41,620 nucleotides of DNA from a virus, in the UHGV virus genome UHGV-0179596; one strand, written 5' to 3'. The position numbers and the translations under genes were made by a program. The notes beneath the pieces were generated by a model, which made no database searches, had not been told where the DNA came from, and was given only the letters and a program-made list of their open reading frames with translations. Positions within the stretch are counted from its first letter, which is position 1, and each line of letters begins with the position of its first letter. Below, piece by piece: positions 8,223-16,962 of this stretch.

Positions 8223-8776
8223 ATTCCAAACCCCATTTGCCCCGACTCATCTTCAAGCGGTAAAGGTATTCTCCCAGAGTAAGTTATGTTCAGATGTTTA
8301 CAGAAGTAATTCCAATACCCTACCAGGTCATCTGGGTTTATGTCATCTTCGATTGGAAACGCTATTCTATCACTATAGTATCCAGCTTCTTCATAGTATA
8401 CATGGTAGTGAGCACCGTAAATGATATCTTGGTACTTCGGATGATCGACCTTGTAACTATTCGTGTGTTTGTCAAAGTGATAGGTATCTACCGCGAAAAC
8501 CCTCTTGTTATGATAGAAAGCAATAATATTTATTTTAGGGTAAGAAATCGGGTCATCAGGTTCTGAATCCTGATCTGGTTTCCATTTCAGTTCAAACTTT
8601 AGCCCTTGTATAGGTATACAATCCTCATCCAAGGGGATGATATGGGCTTGTAGCCACATATCAGAGCGACTTGGTTTCTGTTTCCATTTAACGCCAGAAA
8701 AGTTAACTATTTTTTTACAATAAAGTACTTTATCAACTTCTACTTGGCTTGGCTGATAATCATCTATTTTTGCCAA
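8219..8776 (-). CDS. Hypothetical protein, first gene of cassette at the rexA position
   Basis: 185-aa ORF starting 39 nt after cI stop; first in-frame start is TTG at 8774-8776 (next ATG at codon 40), so the true start is uncertain; aromatic/His-rich stretch HYHVYYEEAGYY; no family recognised. Confidence 0.65.
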   Translation of the reverse strand: MAKIDDYQPSQVEVDKVLYCKKIVNFSGVKWKQKPSRSDMWLQAHIIPLDEDCIPIQGLKFELKWKPDQDSEPDDPISYPKINIIAFYHNKRVFAVDTYHFDKHTNSYKVDHPKYQDIIYGAHYHVYYEEAGYYSDRIAFPIEDDINPDDLVGYWNYFCKHLNITYSGRIPLPLEDESGQMGFGI

Positions 8777-8815
8777 TGTTTACCGCCCTGTAAATTGTAG
8801 ATAAAAGTGGTTTCA

Positions 8816-9475
8816 TCACCCAAACGTCTCTTCAGGCCATTGGCTGGCGATAACTTTCCCCACAACGGAACAACTCTCATTGCATGGGATCATTGGGTAT
8901 TGTGGGTTTAGTGGCTGTAGAAACACCTGACCGCTATCCCTGATCAGTTTCTTGAAGGTAAATTCATCACCACCAAGTCTGGCTATGCAGAAATCGCCGG
9001 GCTCAACAGCTTGCTCAGGGTCAACCAGAATTAACATCCCGTCAGGAAAGCTGGGTTTGGAACCTGTTGGTGCGGTCATTGAGTTACCTTCAACCTCAAG
9101 CCAGAATGCAGAGTCACTGGCTTTTTTGGTTGTGCTTACCAATCTCTCCGCATCGCCTTTGGTAAAGGTTCTGAGTTCTGGAGAGAACATCCCAGCCTGA
9201 ACATGAGAAAAAACAGGGTACTCATATTGTTTTTTAACTGGGGCCGATGAGTATTCGCCAACAGGTGAAAATGTCCCGTCGTGGTTGAATGATATGTTAT
9301 CAATACCAAGGTATTTAAACACCACACCAATATCACTAAGAGATGGATGACGAGATCCGCGCAACCAGTGTCCAATCCCACCCTGCGTCATACCTAGCTC
9401 TTCGGCTAACTTCTCTTGAGTTATGCCGAGCTCTTTCATTCTGGATCTAGCCAGTTCATACCATTTCATTTTCAT
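8816..9475 (-). CDS. cI: CI repressor with lambda-type C-terminal autocleavage domain and non-lambda N-terminal HTH domain
   Basis: From [21 protein letters not shown] onward the sequence matches lambda cI to the C-terminus; N-terminal domain ([37 protein letters not shown]) differs. Start taken at MKMKW (ATG 9475, or 9469); track ORF begins 14 codons upstream. Confidence 0.92.
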   Translation of the reverse strand: MKMKWYELARSRMKELGITQEKLAEELGMTQGGIGHWLRGSRHPSLSDIGVVFKYLGIDNISFNHDGTFSPVGEYSSAPVKKQYEYPVFSHVQAGMFSPELRTFTKGDAERLVSTTKKASDSAFWLEVEGNSMTAPTGSKPSFPDGMLILVDPEQAVEPGDFCIARLGGDEFTFKKLIRDSGQVFLQPLNPQYPMIPCNESCSVVGKVIASQWPEETFG

Positions 9476-9586
9476 GTCCTTATTATTACGCTCTGTACTG
9501 GAACCATCCATGCACAATGTGTATTTTTACTTGTATTCGCAAAGTACATATTGTATTTTTTTATTCGTGTTTACTATGGAGGGCAT
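9476..9586. promoter_or_regulatory. Divergent PRM/PR promoter and OR operator region (position-based)
   Basis: 111-bp AT-rich intergenic region between divergent cI and cro; contains TTGTA/TACA half-site repeats; individual operators not resolved. Confidence 0.6.
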
Positions 9587-9802
9587 ATGAGCAACCTACG
9601 AAAATATCGAGAGTCACTGAATATCTCTCAAACAACACTTGCTAAGGCAGTTGGATGCACACAGGGAGCTATCGGACATTGGGAATCTGGTCGTCGCTTC
9701 CCAGACCTTAAAACATGCCGTGCTCTTGTTGCGTGCCTAAACAAGTTAGGCGCAAAAGTCAGTCTTGATGACGTGTTCCCGCCGGAACACAAAGCCGCTT
9801 AA
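9587..9802 (+). CDS. cro: Cro-like repressor (XRE-type HTH)
   Basis: 71-aa reading from ATG 9587 with SD GGAGGG; HTH segment ISQTTLAKAVGCTQGAIGHWESG closely parallels the cI HTH (TQGGIGHW), implying shared operator specificity. Confidence 0.8.
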   Translation: MSNLRKYRESLNISQTTLAKAVGCTQGAIGHWESGRRFPDLKTCRALVACLNKLGAKVSLDDVFPPEHKAA

Positions 9803-9812
9803 TAAGCGGATC

Positions 9813-9857
9813 CGCTCTTTGTAACAACGGACATTCGTCCTACGTCGCTGAAAAGCG
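9813..9857 (+). promoter_or_regulatory. Candidate nutR (boxA CGCTCTTTGTAACAA, boxB hairpin TCGC-TGAAAA-GCGA)
   Basis: boxA-like CGCTCTTT just after cro stop, then about 20 nt later a 4-bp stem with UGAAAA loop; mirrors the nutL candidate in loop sequence and spacing. Confidence 0.5.
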
Positions 9858-9943
9858 AGTTCCAAGATATCTGACCAACTAAGGCCATATGCGTTTCCAC
9901 GCATACCTTTCAACTAACTATTCACTATTGGAAATCTTAAGAA

Positions 9944-10240
9944 ATGGAAAGAACAAGTTACAGCAAACTATCACAGCGTGACGTTGATCGCGCAGAAACA
10001 GATTTACTTATCAATCTGTCAGCTATTACCCAGCGCGGTCTGGCAAAGATGATTGGCTGTCATGAATCGAAGATAAGCAGAACGGACTGGAGATTTATTG
10101 CTTCGGTCTTGTGTGCTTTCGGAATGGCATCAGACATCAGTCCGATTAGCAGGGCTTTTAAGTATGCGCTTGATGGACTCACCAATAAAAAACGCCCGGC
10201 GGCAACCGAGCGTTCTGAACAAATCCAGATGGAATTCTGA
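9944..10240 (+). CDS. cII: CII transcriptional activator (hybrid: non-lambda N-terminus, lambda C-terminus)
   Basis: 98-aa ORF; C-terminal LTNKKRPAATERSEQIQMEF is identical to the lambda cII C-terminus as I remember it; N-terminal two thirds differ. Confidence 0.85.
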   Translation: MERTSYSKLSQRDVDRAETDLLINLSAITQRGLAKMIGCHESKISRTDWRFIASVLCAFGMASDISPISRAFKYALDGLTNKKRPAATERSEQIQMEF

Positions 10241-10272
10241 GGTCATTACTGGATCAATCCACAGGAGTCATT

Positions 10273-11172
10273 ATGACAAATACAGCAAAAATACTCAACT
10301 TCTGCAGAGGTAACTTTGCCAAACAGGAGCGTAATGTGGCAGATCTCGATGATGGTTACGCCAGACTATCAAATATGCTGCTTGAGGCTTATTCAGGCGC
10401 AGATCTGACCAAGCGACAGTTTAAAGTGCTGCTTGCCATTCTGCGTAAAACCTATGGATGGAATAAACCAATGGACAGAATCACCGATTCTCAACTTAGC
10501 GAGATTACAAAGTTACCCGTCAAACGGTGCAATGAAGCCAAGTTAGAACTCGTCAGAATGAATATTATCAAGCAGCAAGGCGGCATGTTTGGACCAAATA
10601 AAAACATCTCAGAATGGTGTATCCCTCAAAACGAGGGAAAATCCCCTAAAACGAGGGATAAAACATCCCTCAAATTGGGGGATTGCTATCCCTCAAAACA
10701 GGGGGACACAAAAGACACTATTACAAAAGAAAAAAGAAAAGATTATTCGTCAGAGAATTCTGGCGAATCCTCTGACCAGCCAGAAAACGACCTTTCTGTG
10801 GTGAAACCGGATGCTGCAATTCAGAGCGGCAGCAAGTGGGGGACAGCAGAAGACCTGACCGCCGCAGAATGGATGTTTGACATGGTGAAGACCATCGCGC
10901 CATCAGCCAGAAAACCGAATTTTGCAGGGTGGGCTAACGATATCCGCCTGATGCGTGAACGTGACGGACGTAACCATCGCGACATGTGTGTACTGTTCCG
11001 CTGGGCATGCCAGGACAACTTCTGGTCCGGTAACGTGCTGAGCCCGGCCAAACTCCGCGACAAGTGGACCCAGCTCGAAATCAACCGTAACAAGCAACAG
11101 GCAGGTGTGACAGCCTGCAAACCAAAACTCGACCTGACAAACACTGACTGGATTTACGGGGTGGATTTATGA
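10273..11172 (+). CDS. O: Replication initiator O
   Basis: 299-aa ORF matching lambda O; contains the ori iterons internally. Confidence 0.95.
   Translation: MTNTAKILNFCRGNFAKQERNVADLDDGYARLSNMLLEAYSGADLTKRQFKVLLAILRKTYGWNKPMDRITDSQLSEITKLPVKRCNEAKLELVRMNIIKQQGGMFGPNKNISEWCIPQNEGKSPKTRDKTSLKLGDCYPSKQGDTKDTITKEKRKDYSSENSGESSDQPENDLSVVKPDAAIQSGSKWGTAEDLTAAEWMFDMVKTIAPSARKPNFAGWANDIRLMRERDGRNHRDMCVLFRWACQDNFWSGNVLSPAKLRDKWTQLEINRNKQQAGVTACKPKLDLTNTDWIYGVDL
10621..10750 (+). repeat. ori-lambda: four iterons plus AT-rich region inside O
   Basis: Four imperfect direct repeats of about 19 bp (ATCCCTCAAAACGAGGGA-like) at roughly 10621-10706, followed by an A-rich tract (ACAAAAGAAAAAAGAAAAGATTATT). 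Confidence 0.85.
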
Positions 11173-11870
11173 AAAACATCGCCGCACAGATGGTTAATTT
11201 TGACCGTGAGCAGATGCGTCGGATCGCCAACAACATGCCGGAACAGTACGACGAAAAGCCGCAGGTACAGCAGGTAGCGCAGATCATCAACGGTGTGTTC
11301 AGCCAGTTACTGGCAACTTTCCCGGCGAGTCTGGCTAACCGTGACCAGAACGAACTGAACGAAATCCGCCGCCAGTGGGTTCTGGCTTTCCGGGAAAACG
11401 GGATCACCACAATGGAACAGGTTAACGCAGGAATGCGCGTAGCCCGTCGGCAGAATCGACCATTTCTGCCATCACCCGGGCAGTTTGTTGCATGGTGCCG
11501 GGAAGAAGCATCCGTTATCGCCGGACTGCCAAACGTCAGCGAGCTGGTTGATATGGTTTACGAGTATTGCCGGAAGCGAGGCCTGTATCCGGATGCAGAG
11601 TCTTATCCGTGGAAATCGAACGCGCACTACTGGCTGGTTACCAACCTGTACCAGAACATGCGGGCCAATGCGCTGACTGACGCGGAATTACGACGCAAGG
11701 CTGCCGATGAACTGACCTGTATGACAGCGCGAATTAACCGTGGTGAGACGATACCTGAACCAGTAAAACAACTTCCTGTCATGGGCGGCAGACCTCTAAA
11801 TCGTGTTCAGGCGCTGGCGAAGATCGCAGAAATTAAAGCTAAGTTAGGACTGAAAGGAGCAAGTGTATGA
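11169..11870 (+). CDS. P: Replication protein P (DnaB helicase loader)
   Basis: 233-aa ORF matching lambda P; ATGA overlap with O. Confidence 0.95.
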   Translation: MKNIAAQMVNFDREQMRRIANNMPEQYDEKPQVQQVAQIINGVFSQLLATFPASLANRDQNELNEIRRQWVLAFRENGITTMEQVNAGMRVARRQNRPFLPSPGQFVAWCREEASVIAGLPNVSELVDMVYEYCRKRGLYPDAESYPWKSNAHYWLVTNLYQNMRANALTDAELRRKAADELTCMTARINRGETIPEPVKQLPVMGGRPLNRVQALAKIAEIKAKLGLKGASV

Positions 11871-12157
11871 CGGGCAAAGAGGCAATTATTCATTACCTGG
11901 GGACGCATAATAGCTTCTGTGCGCCGGACGTTGCCGCGCTAACAGGCGCAACAGTAACCAGCATAAATCAGGCCGCGGCTAAAATGGCACGGGCAGGTCT
12001 TCTGGTTATCGAAGGTAAGGTCTGGCGAACGGTGTATTACCGGTTTGCTACCAAGGAAGAACGGGAAGGAAAGATGAGCACGAACCTGATTTTTAAGGAG
12101 TGTCGCCAGAGTGCCACGATGAAACGGATATTGGCGGTATATGGAGTTAAAAGATGA
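11867..12157 (+). CDS. ren: Ren
   Basis: 96-aa ORF matching lambda Ren (MTGKEAIIHYLGTHNSFCAPDVAALTG...); ATGA overlap with P. Confidence 0.9.
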   Translation: MTGKEAIIHYLGTHNSFCAPDVAALTGATVTSINQAAAKMARAGLLVIEGKVWRTVYYRFATKEEREGKMSTNLIFKECRQSATMKRILAVYGVKR

Positions 12158-12182
12158 CCATCTACATCACTGAGCTAATAAC

Positions 12183-12214
12183 AGGCCTGCAGGTAATCGC
12201 AGGCCTTTTTATTT
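12183..12214 (+). terminator. tR2-like intrinsic terminator
   Basis: Hairpin AGGCCTGC-AGGTAATC-GCAGGCCT followed by TTTTTATTT between ren and ninB, the lambda tR2 position. Confidence 0.6.
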
Positions 12215-12230
12215 GGGGGAGAGGGAAGTC

Positions 12231-12671
12231 ATGAAAAAACTAACCTTTGAAATTCGATCTCCGGCACATCAGCAAAACGCTATTCACGCAGTACAGCAAA
12301 TCCTTCCAGACCCAACCAAACCAATCGTAGTAACCATTCAGGAACGCAACCGCAGCTTAGACCAAAACAGGAAGCTATGGGCCTGCTTAGGTGACGTCTC
12401 TCGTCAGGTTGAATGGCATGGTCGCTGGCTGGATGCAGAAAGCTGGAAGTGTGTGTTTACCGCAGCATTAAAGCAGCAGGATGTTGTTCCTAACCTTGCC
12501 GGGAATGGCTTTGTGGTAATAGGCCAGTCAACCAGCAGGATGCGTGTAAGCGAATTTGCGGAGCTATTAGAGCTTATACAGGCATTCGGTACAGAGCGTG
12601 GCGTTAAGTGGTCAGACGAAGCGCGACTGGCTCTCGAATGGAAAGCGCGATGGGGAGATCGGGCTGCATGA
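12231..12671 (+). CDS. ninB: NinB (Orf homolog, recombination mediator)
   Basis: 146-aa reading from MKKLTFEIRSPAHQQ... matching lambda NinB; track ORF begins 6 codons upstream. Confidence 0.9.
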   Translation: MKKLTFEIRSPAHQQNAIHAVQQILPDPTKPIVVTIQERNRSLDQNRKLWACLGDVSRQVEWHGRWLDAESWKCVFTAALKQQDVVPNLAGNGFVVIGQSTSRMRVSEFAELLELIQAFGTERGVKWSDEARLALEWKARWGDRAA

Positions 12672-13195
12672 CTATCAAATCAAATACGCCAGCACACGAC
12701 AAGGACTGCTGGCAAACGCCGCTTTGGCTTTTTGATGCACTGGATATTGAGTTTGGATTCTGGCTGGATTCGGCAGCGAGCGACAAAAATGCTCTGTGCG
12801 CTCACTGGCTAACTGAGGACGACGACGCGCTCAATTCTGAGTGGGTAAGCCACGGTGCAATCTGGAATAACCCACCGTACAGCAATATCAGGCCGTGGGT
12901 GGAAAAAGCCGCTGAGCAGTGTATACAACAGCGACAGACGGTAGTGATGCTTGTGCCAGAGGATATGTCTGTCGGATGGTTCAGCAAGGCTCTGGAGAGT
13001 GTTGACGAAGTTCGTATTATCACTGATGGACGGATTAATTTTATCGAACCATCGACAGGGCTGGAGAAGAAGGGAAACAGCAAAGGCTCCATGCTGCTGA
13101 TTTGGCGACCGTTCATCAGTCCTCGACGGATGTTTACTACCGTATCCAAAGCGGCATTGATGGCGATCGGGCAGGGCGTCAGGAGGGCTGCATGA
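12668..13195 (+). CDS. Orphan DNA N6-adenine methyltransferase (phage Dam-like)
   Basis: 175-aa reading from ATG overlapping ninB stop (ATGA); contains NPPY motif (WNNPPYSN) characteristic of amino-methyltransferases; occupies the lambda ninC slot; no adjacent restriction gene. Confidence 0.8.
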   Translation: MTIKSNTPAHDKDCWQTPLWLFDALDIEFGFWLDSAASDKNALCAHWLTEDDDALNSEWVSHGAIWNNPPYSNIRPWVEKAAEQCIQQRQTVVMLVPEDMSVGWFSKALESVDEVRIITDGRINFIEPSTGLEKKGNSKGSMLLIWRPFISPRRMFTTVSKAALMAIGQGVRRAA

Positions 13196-13368
13196 GACGA
13201 CAGCGACGAAGCATCACCGACATAATCTGCGAAAACTGCAAATACCTTCCAACGAAACGCTCCAGAAATAAACGCAAGCTAATCCCAAAAGAATCTGACG
13301 TAAAAACCTTCAATTACACAGCCCACCTGTGGGATATCCGGTGGCTAAGATATCGTGCGAGGAAATGA
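13192..13368 (+). CDS. ninE: NinE
   Basis: 58-aa reading [58 protein letters not shown] matching lambda NinE; ATGA overlap with methyltransferase. Confidence 0.8.
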   Translation: MRRQRRSITDIICENCKYLPTKRSRNKRKLIPKESDVKTFNYTAHLWDIRWLRYRARK

Positions 13369-13712
13369 CAATGGATTATTCACAGTTAAGTGATTTTGAA
13401 ATTAACAGAATGGTAGGAGACATAATTTTTAAAGGCCTTTGGGCAAGTAAACCGGAAACATCAGGGAATAACACCAACAAATGGTATTACGGAAATGCTG
13501 ATACAACTTTTGAGCCATTAAATCATTTGCCTGACTACTGCAATGATCCGAGCGCTTCATGGCCGATTATTGAGAAATACAGGATTTCTATCTTAGACCA
13601 GTTAACTGAATGGTGTGTGGATGCAAAAGGCGTAAGCCCAATATTTGATACCAGACCTCTCCGCGCCGCCATGATTGTCTTTCTCCTGATGCAGGAGGCC
13701 AATAATGCTTAG
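13365..13712 (+). CDS. Hypothetical nin-region protein
   Basis: About 115-aa ORF starting at ATG overlapping ninE stop; no family recognised. Confidence 0.55.
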   Translation: MTMDYSQLSDFEINRMVGDIIFKGLWASKPETSGNNTNKWYYGNADTTFEPLNHLPDYCNDPSASWPIIEKYRISILDQLTEWCVDAKGVSPIFDTRPLRAAMIVFLLMQEANNA

Positions 13713-13899
13713 CCCATCTCAATCCCTTCAATACCTGAAAGAAAGCATAGAGCGGGCTTCAATGTGCACAGAGTGGATTCTATCTAGGTTTAGCGCATAC
13801 AGAAGATTGCCGGTAAAGGGCATGCCAAGCAAGTCGATGCTGCATATGCAAAAGAATGCGCGCTGGAAGGTATGGCGAGAACACAGGTTATGTGGCTGA
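13705..13899 (+). CDS. Hypothetical small protein
   Basis: 64-aa ORF whose ATG overlaps the upstream stop (ATGCTTAG); translational coupling is the main support. Confidence 0.45.
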   Translation: MLSPSQSLQYLKESIERASMCTEWILSRFSAYRRLPVKGMPSKSMLHMQKNARWKVWREHRLCG

Positions 13900-13918
13900 A
13901 AGAGGGGGTTATTAAGGC

Positions 13919-14281
13919 GTGAATACCTACAGCATCACATTACCCTGGCCTCCGAGCAATAATCGCTATTACCGCCATAATCGCGGGCGCACGCACGTCA
14001 GCGCAGAGGGGCAGGCATACCGCGATAACGTCGCCCGAATCATTAAAAACGCAATGCTGGATATCGGCCTGGCTATGCCTGTGAAAATCCGCATTGAGTG
14101 CCACATGCCGGATCGCCGTCGCCGTGACCTGGATAATCTGCAAAAAGCCGCTTTTGACGCACTCACTAAAGCAGGTTTCTGGCTGGATGATGCTCAGGTC
14201 GTTGATTACCGCGTTGTGAAGATGCCTGTTACCAAAGGTGGGAGGCTGGAACTGACCATCACCGAAATGGGGAATGAATGA
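13919..14281 (+). CDS. rusA: RusA Holliday junction resolvase
   Basis: 120-aa ORF with GTG start and SD AGAGGGGG; sequence matches E. coli DLP12 RusA as I recall it. Confidence 0.93.
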   Translation: MNTYSITLPWPPSNNRYYRHNRGRTHVSAEGQAYRDNVARIIKNAMLDIGLAMPVKIRIECHMPDRRRRDLDNLQKAAFDALTKAGFWLDDAQVVDYRVVKMPVTKGGRLELTITEMGNE

Positions 14282-14418
14282 TGTTTGAGTTTAATATGGC
14301 AGAACTTCTTCGCCACCGCTGGGGGCGTCTGCGCTTATATCGTTTCCTCGGTTCTGTTTTGACCGATTACCGAATACTGAAGAATTACGCCAAAACCCTG
14401 ACAGGAACAGGAGTATGA
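14278..14418 (+). CDS. ylcG: YlcG-like small protein
   Basis: 46-codon ORF translated by hand ([46 protein letters not shown]), overlapping rusA stop; resembles DLP12 ylcG by recall. Below track cutoff. Confidence 0.45.
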   Translation: MMFEFNMAELLRHRWGRLRLYRFLGSVLTDYRILKNYAKTLTGTGV

Positions 14419-14503
14419 AGTCAGAGATAACAATCAACTAATACTGTTTTGTTGATTTTTGCTTGTAATTGGCGTTCTGGTCTGATTTTTGTGGAGTAAG
14501 TTG

Positions 14504-14887
14504 ATGCGTGATATTCAGATGGTTCTTGAGCGTTGGGGTGCGTGGGCGGCTAATAATCATGAAGATGTGACCTGGTCGTCCATTGCCGCCGGTTTTAAGG
14601 GATTAATTCCTTCAAAAGTAAAATCTCGCCCGCAATGTTGTGACGATGACGCGATGATCATTTGCGGGTGCATGGCCCGTCTGAAAAAGAACAACAGCGA
14701 TTTACACGATTTATTAGTAGATTATTATGTATGTGGTATGACATTCATGTCACTGGCAAGTAAGCATTGCTGCTCGGATGGTTATATCGGGAAAAGGTTA
14801 CAGAAGGCTGAGGGCATAATTGAAGGGATGTTAATGGCATTAGATATCCGGTTAGATATGGATATCGTTGCTAATAATTCTAATTGA
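14504..14887 (+). CDS. Q: Late-gene antiterminator Q (phage 21 / QuuD type)
   Basis: 127-aa reading from [21 protein letters not shown]...; Cys-rich motifs ([18 protein letters not shown]); matches DLP12 QuuD by recall. Track ORF starts at an upstream TTG. Confidence 0.85.
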   Translation: MRDIQMVLERWGAWAANNHEDVTWSSIAAGFKGLIPSKVKSRPQCCDDDAMIICGCMARLKKNNSDLHDLLVDYYVCGMTFMSLASKHCCSDGYIGKRLQKAEGIIEGMLMALDIRLDMDIVANNSN

Positions 14888-14914
14888 TATGCAATTGTTT
14901 ACTAAAAGTTATTA

Positions 14915-14937
14915 AAAATGGGGCGTGGAAACGCCCC
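14915..14937 (-). terminator. Putative terminator downstream of nmpC (minus strand)
   Basis: Hairpin GGGGCGT-TTCC-ACGCCCC followed on the minus strand by AUUUUUAAUAACUUUU; lies between Q stop and porin 3' end. Coordinates approximate. Confidence 0.45.
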
Positions 14938-15024
14938 CAAAATAAAGGGTAATATATAACAGAAGGTTTATATAGTAAGAAGCAAGGTAGTGCTTCTAAA
15001 GGAAGTGGCTTGAGGGCTCCACTT

Positions 15025-15065
15025 ATATGTTGCGGAGGCAAAGCCTCCCGCAACATATCTTTTTC
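15025..15065 (+). terminator. Strong plus-strand hairpin terminator after Q (candidate tR')
   Basis: Near-perfect 14-bp inverted repeat ATATGTTGCGGAGG-CAAAG-CCTCCCGCAACATAT followed by CTTTTT, about 140-180 nt after Q stop and abutting the nmpC 3' end. Confidence 0.5.
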
Positions 15066-15075
15066 GTAAGTCAGA

Positions 15076-16158
15076 TTAGAACTGATAAACCAGACCTACA
15101 GCGACGATGTCGTCGGTATCAATACCAGCTGTTTTGGTAAACTTACTATCGTCAATTAAGTTGATTTTGTAATCAACAAAAGTGGACATGTTTTTATTAA
15201 AGTAGTAAGTAGCACCGACATCGACATACTTGACTAAGTCTCGGTCACCATGAACACCAAGGTCTTTACCTTTTGACTGAAGGTAAGCAACAGATGGACG
15301 CAGACCGAAGTCAAACTGATATTGTGCTACTGCTTCAAAGTTTTGTGCTTTGTTTGCAATATGGTTATTACCAAAAACGGTCATATTCTGAGTTTCAGAA
15401 TATGTGGTAGCCAGATAGATATTGTTCGCATCATATTTCAGGCCTGCAGCCCATACTTCCGCATTTTTGCCGGAGGCATTGAATTTGCTCTTACCATAGG
15501 CGACCTGACCGTCAGTGCGATCTGATTTAGCATAGGTTGCACCCACGCCGAATCCTTCATACTCATAAGTAGTGGAGAAACCGAAACCATCACCATTGGC
15601 TTCAGTTACGTCAGTGCGGTCATTTTTACCCTGATACTGAGCAGCAAAGTTCAGGCCATCGACCAGACCAAAGAAGTCGTTGTTACGATAAGTTGCAACA
15701 CCAGTAGTGCGACCAGTCATGAACACATCTGTTTGGGTCCAGGTATCGCCACCGAATTCTGGCAGAACGTCAGTCCACGCACCGATGTCGTATGCTACAC
15801 CGTAGTTACGGCCGTAATCGATTGAGCCGTAATCACCAAATTTCAGGCCTGCAAATGCAAGACGGGTTTTGTCTTTGGAAGAACCTTGAGATTCAGCACG
15901 GTTGCCTTTGAATTCATATTCCCACTGACCGAAACCAGTCAGTTGATCGTTGATTTGGGTTTCACCTTTGAAGCCAAGACGGGCATAAGTAGTATCACCA
16001 TCATCTGCATCATTAGAGGAGAAGTAGTGCTTGGCATTAACTTTCCCGTATAGATCCAGCTTGTTACTGTCTTTATTATAAATTTCAGCTGCCTGAGCAG
16101 ACATCGCCATCAGTACTGATGCAGCTACAGCAGAAATTGCCACTGTTAATTTTTTCAT
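15076..16158 (-). CDS. nmpC: Outer membrane general porin, OmpC/OmpF/PhoE family (NmpC-like, apparently intact)
   Basis: Signal peptide [23 protein letters not shown] then mature porin ending in the C-terminal aromatic VYQF; matches my recollection of E. coli NmpC. Start taken at MKK (16158); track ORF starts 20 codons upstream at a non-ATG codon. Confidence 0.92.
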   Translation of the reverse strand: MKKLTVAISAVAASVLMAMSAQAAEIYNKDSNKLDLYGKVNAKHYFSSNDADDGDTTYARLGFKGETQINDQLTGFGQWEYEFKGNRAESQGSSKDKTRLAFAGLKFGDYGSIDYGRNYGVAYDIGAWTDVLPEFGGDTWTQTDVFMTGRTTGVATYRNNDFFGLVDGLNFAAQYQGKNDRTDVTEANGDGFGFSTTYEYEGFGVGATYAKSDRTDGQVAYGKSKFNASGKNAEVWAAGLKYDANNIYLATTYSETQNMTVFGNNHIANKAQNFEAVAQYQFDFGLRPSVAYLQSKGKDLGVHGDRDLVKYVDVGATYYFNKNMSTFVDYKINLIDDSKFTKTAGIDTDDIVAVGLVYQF

Positions 16159-16584
16159 TGTACGCCCTTTTTTTGAACTATTATTAAAAAATGATGTCAC
16201 TGCGCGATAAATATTCATCTAATCAATGTGATTATTTCAAGATGTAAGTTTTAGTTTCTCATTTAATTTGTGAAGTAGATCTCTATTTTTATCTGAACCT
16301 TTTCTATCTAATCCTATTCATGGCTCTTGTCTGAACAAAAATAAATCTATTAGCTAATTTATATTAATGGCACTTATTTATAAGTGCTCTATAATTCTTT
16401 AGCTTAATTTAAACAAACTAAAAATAACATTGGAAATTATTAACTGGTTATTTGTTGAAGTTTTCTTATGCATTTGTGGTGGTGTTTTGAACACTCGGTG
16501 GCATTCTCACAAATATCATTTAGTAGTTTACGTACGTAAAAAATTGGTTATGCTGTTAAGAGTGGTTACTTCGTCACACAGCTT

Positions 16585-16617
16585 AAACCCGCCGTCGAGC
16601 GGGTTTTTCCATTTTTT
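16585..16617 (+). terminator. Plus-strand hairpin plus U-tract upstream of S (alternative tR' candidate)
   Basis: AAACCCGC-CGTCGA-GCGGGTTT followed by TTCCATTTTTT, about 130 nt upstream of the holin start. Confidence 0.5.
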
Positions 16618-16746
16618 GAGTCTCGATATTAGCTGATAACCCAATACCTGAGTTATTCACTGACTCCGAATCTGTTACGTTTCTGCCTTTATTGCGATAC
16701 GTAGTATCCCCTTAATTTACACCCGCTTTGTCTGCGAGGTGGGGTT

Positions 16747-16962
16747 ATGAAATCCATGGATAAGTTAACAACGGGTGTCGCCTATGGTACCTCAGCAGGT
16801 AGTGCCGGGTACTGGTTTTTACAGTTGCTCGATAAAGTCACGCCCTCACAGTGGGCGGCAATAGGTGTGCTGGGTAGCCTGGTATTTGGCCTGCTGACGT
16901 ACCTGACAAACCTTTATTTCAAGATTAAAGAAGATAAGCGCAAGGCTGCGAGAGGTGAATAA
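16747..16962 (+). CDS. S: Class II holin (phage 21 S21-type pinholin) with dual-start motif
   Basis: 71-aa [31 protein letters not shown]... matching phage 21 S; two in-frame ATGs (16747 and 16756) give the antiholin/holin pair known for S21. Confidence 0.9.

Noticed and set aside
8952-9381. Plus-strand 82-aa and minus-strand 81-aa ORFs overlapping cI
   Set aside because: Alternate-frame or antisense readings within a well-supported cI gene.
10621-10750. Short direct repeats that could be mistaken for a CRISPR-like array
   Set aside because: Only four imperfect repeats with no unique spacers, located inside O at the expected ori-lambda position; these are replication iterons.
16430-16636. 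68-aa plus-strand ORF between nmpC and S
   Set aside because: Lies in the AT-rich porin promoter region and runs into a hairpin terminator; no SD; more plausibly regulatory DNA.
14888-16746. tRNA genes or a toxin cargo between Q and S, as in Stx phages
   Set aside because: No cloverleaf-compatible sequence or toxin-like ORF seen; the interval is filled by the porin gene and its regulatory region.
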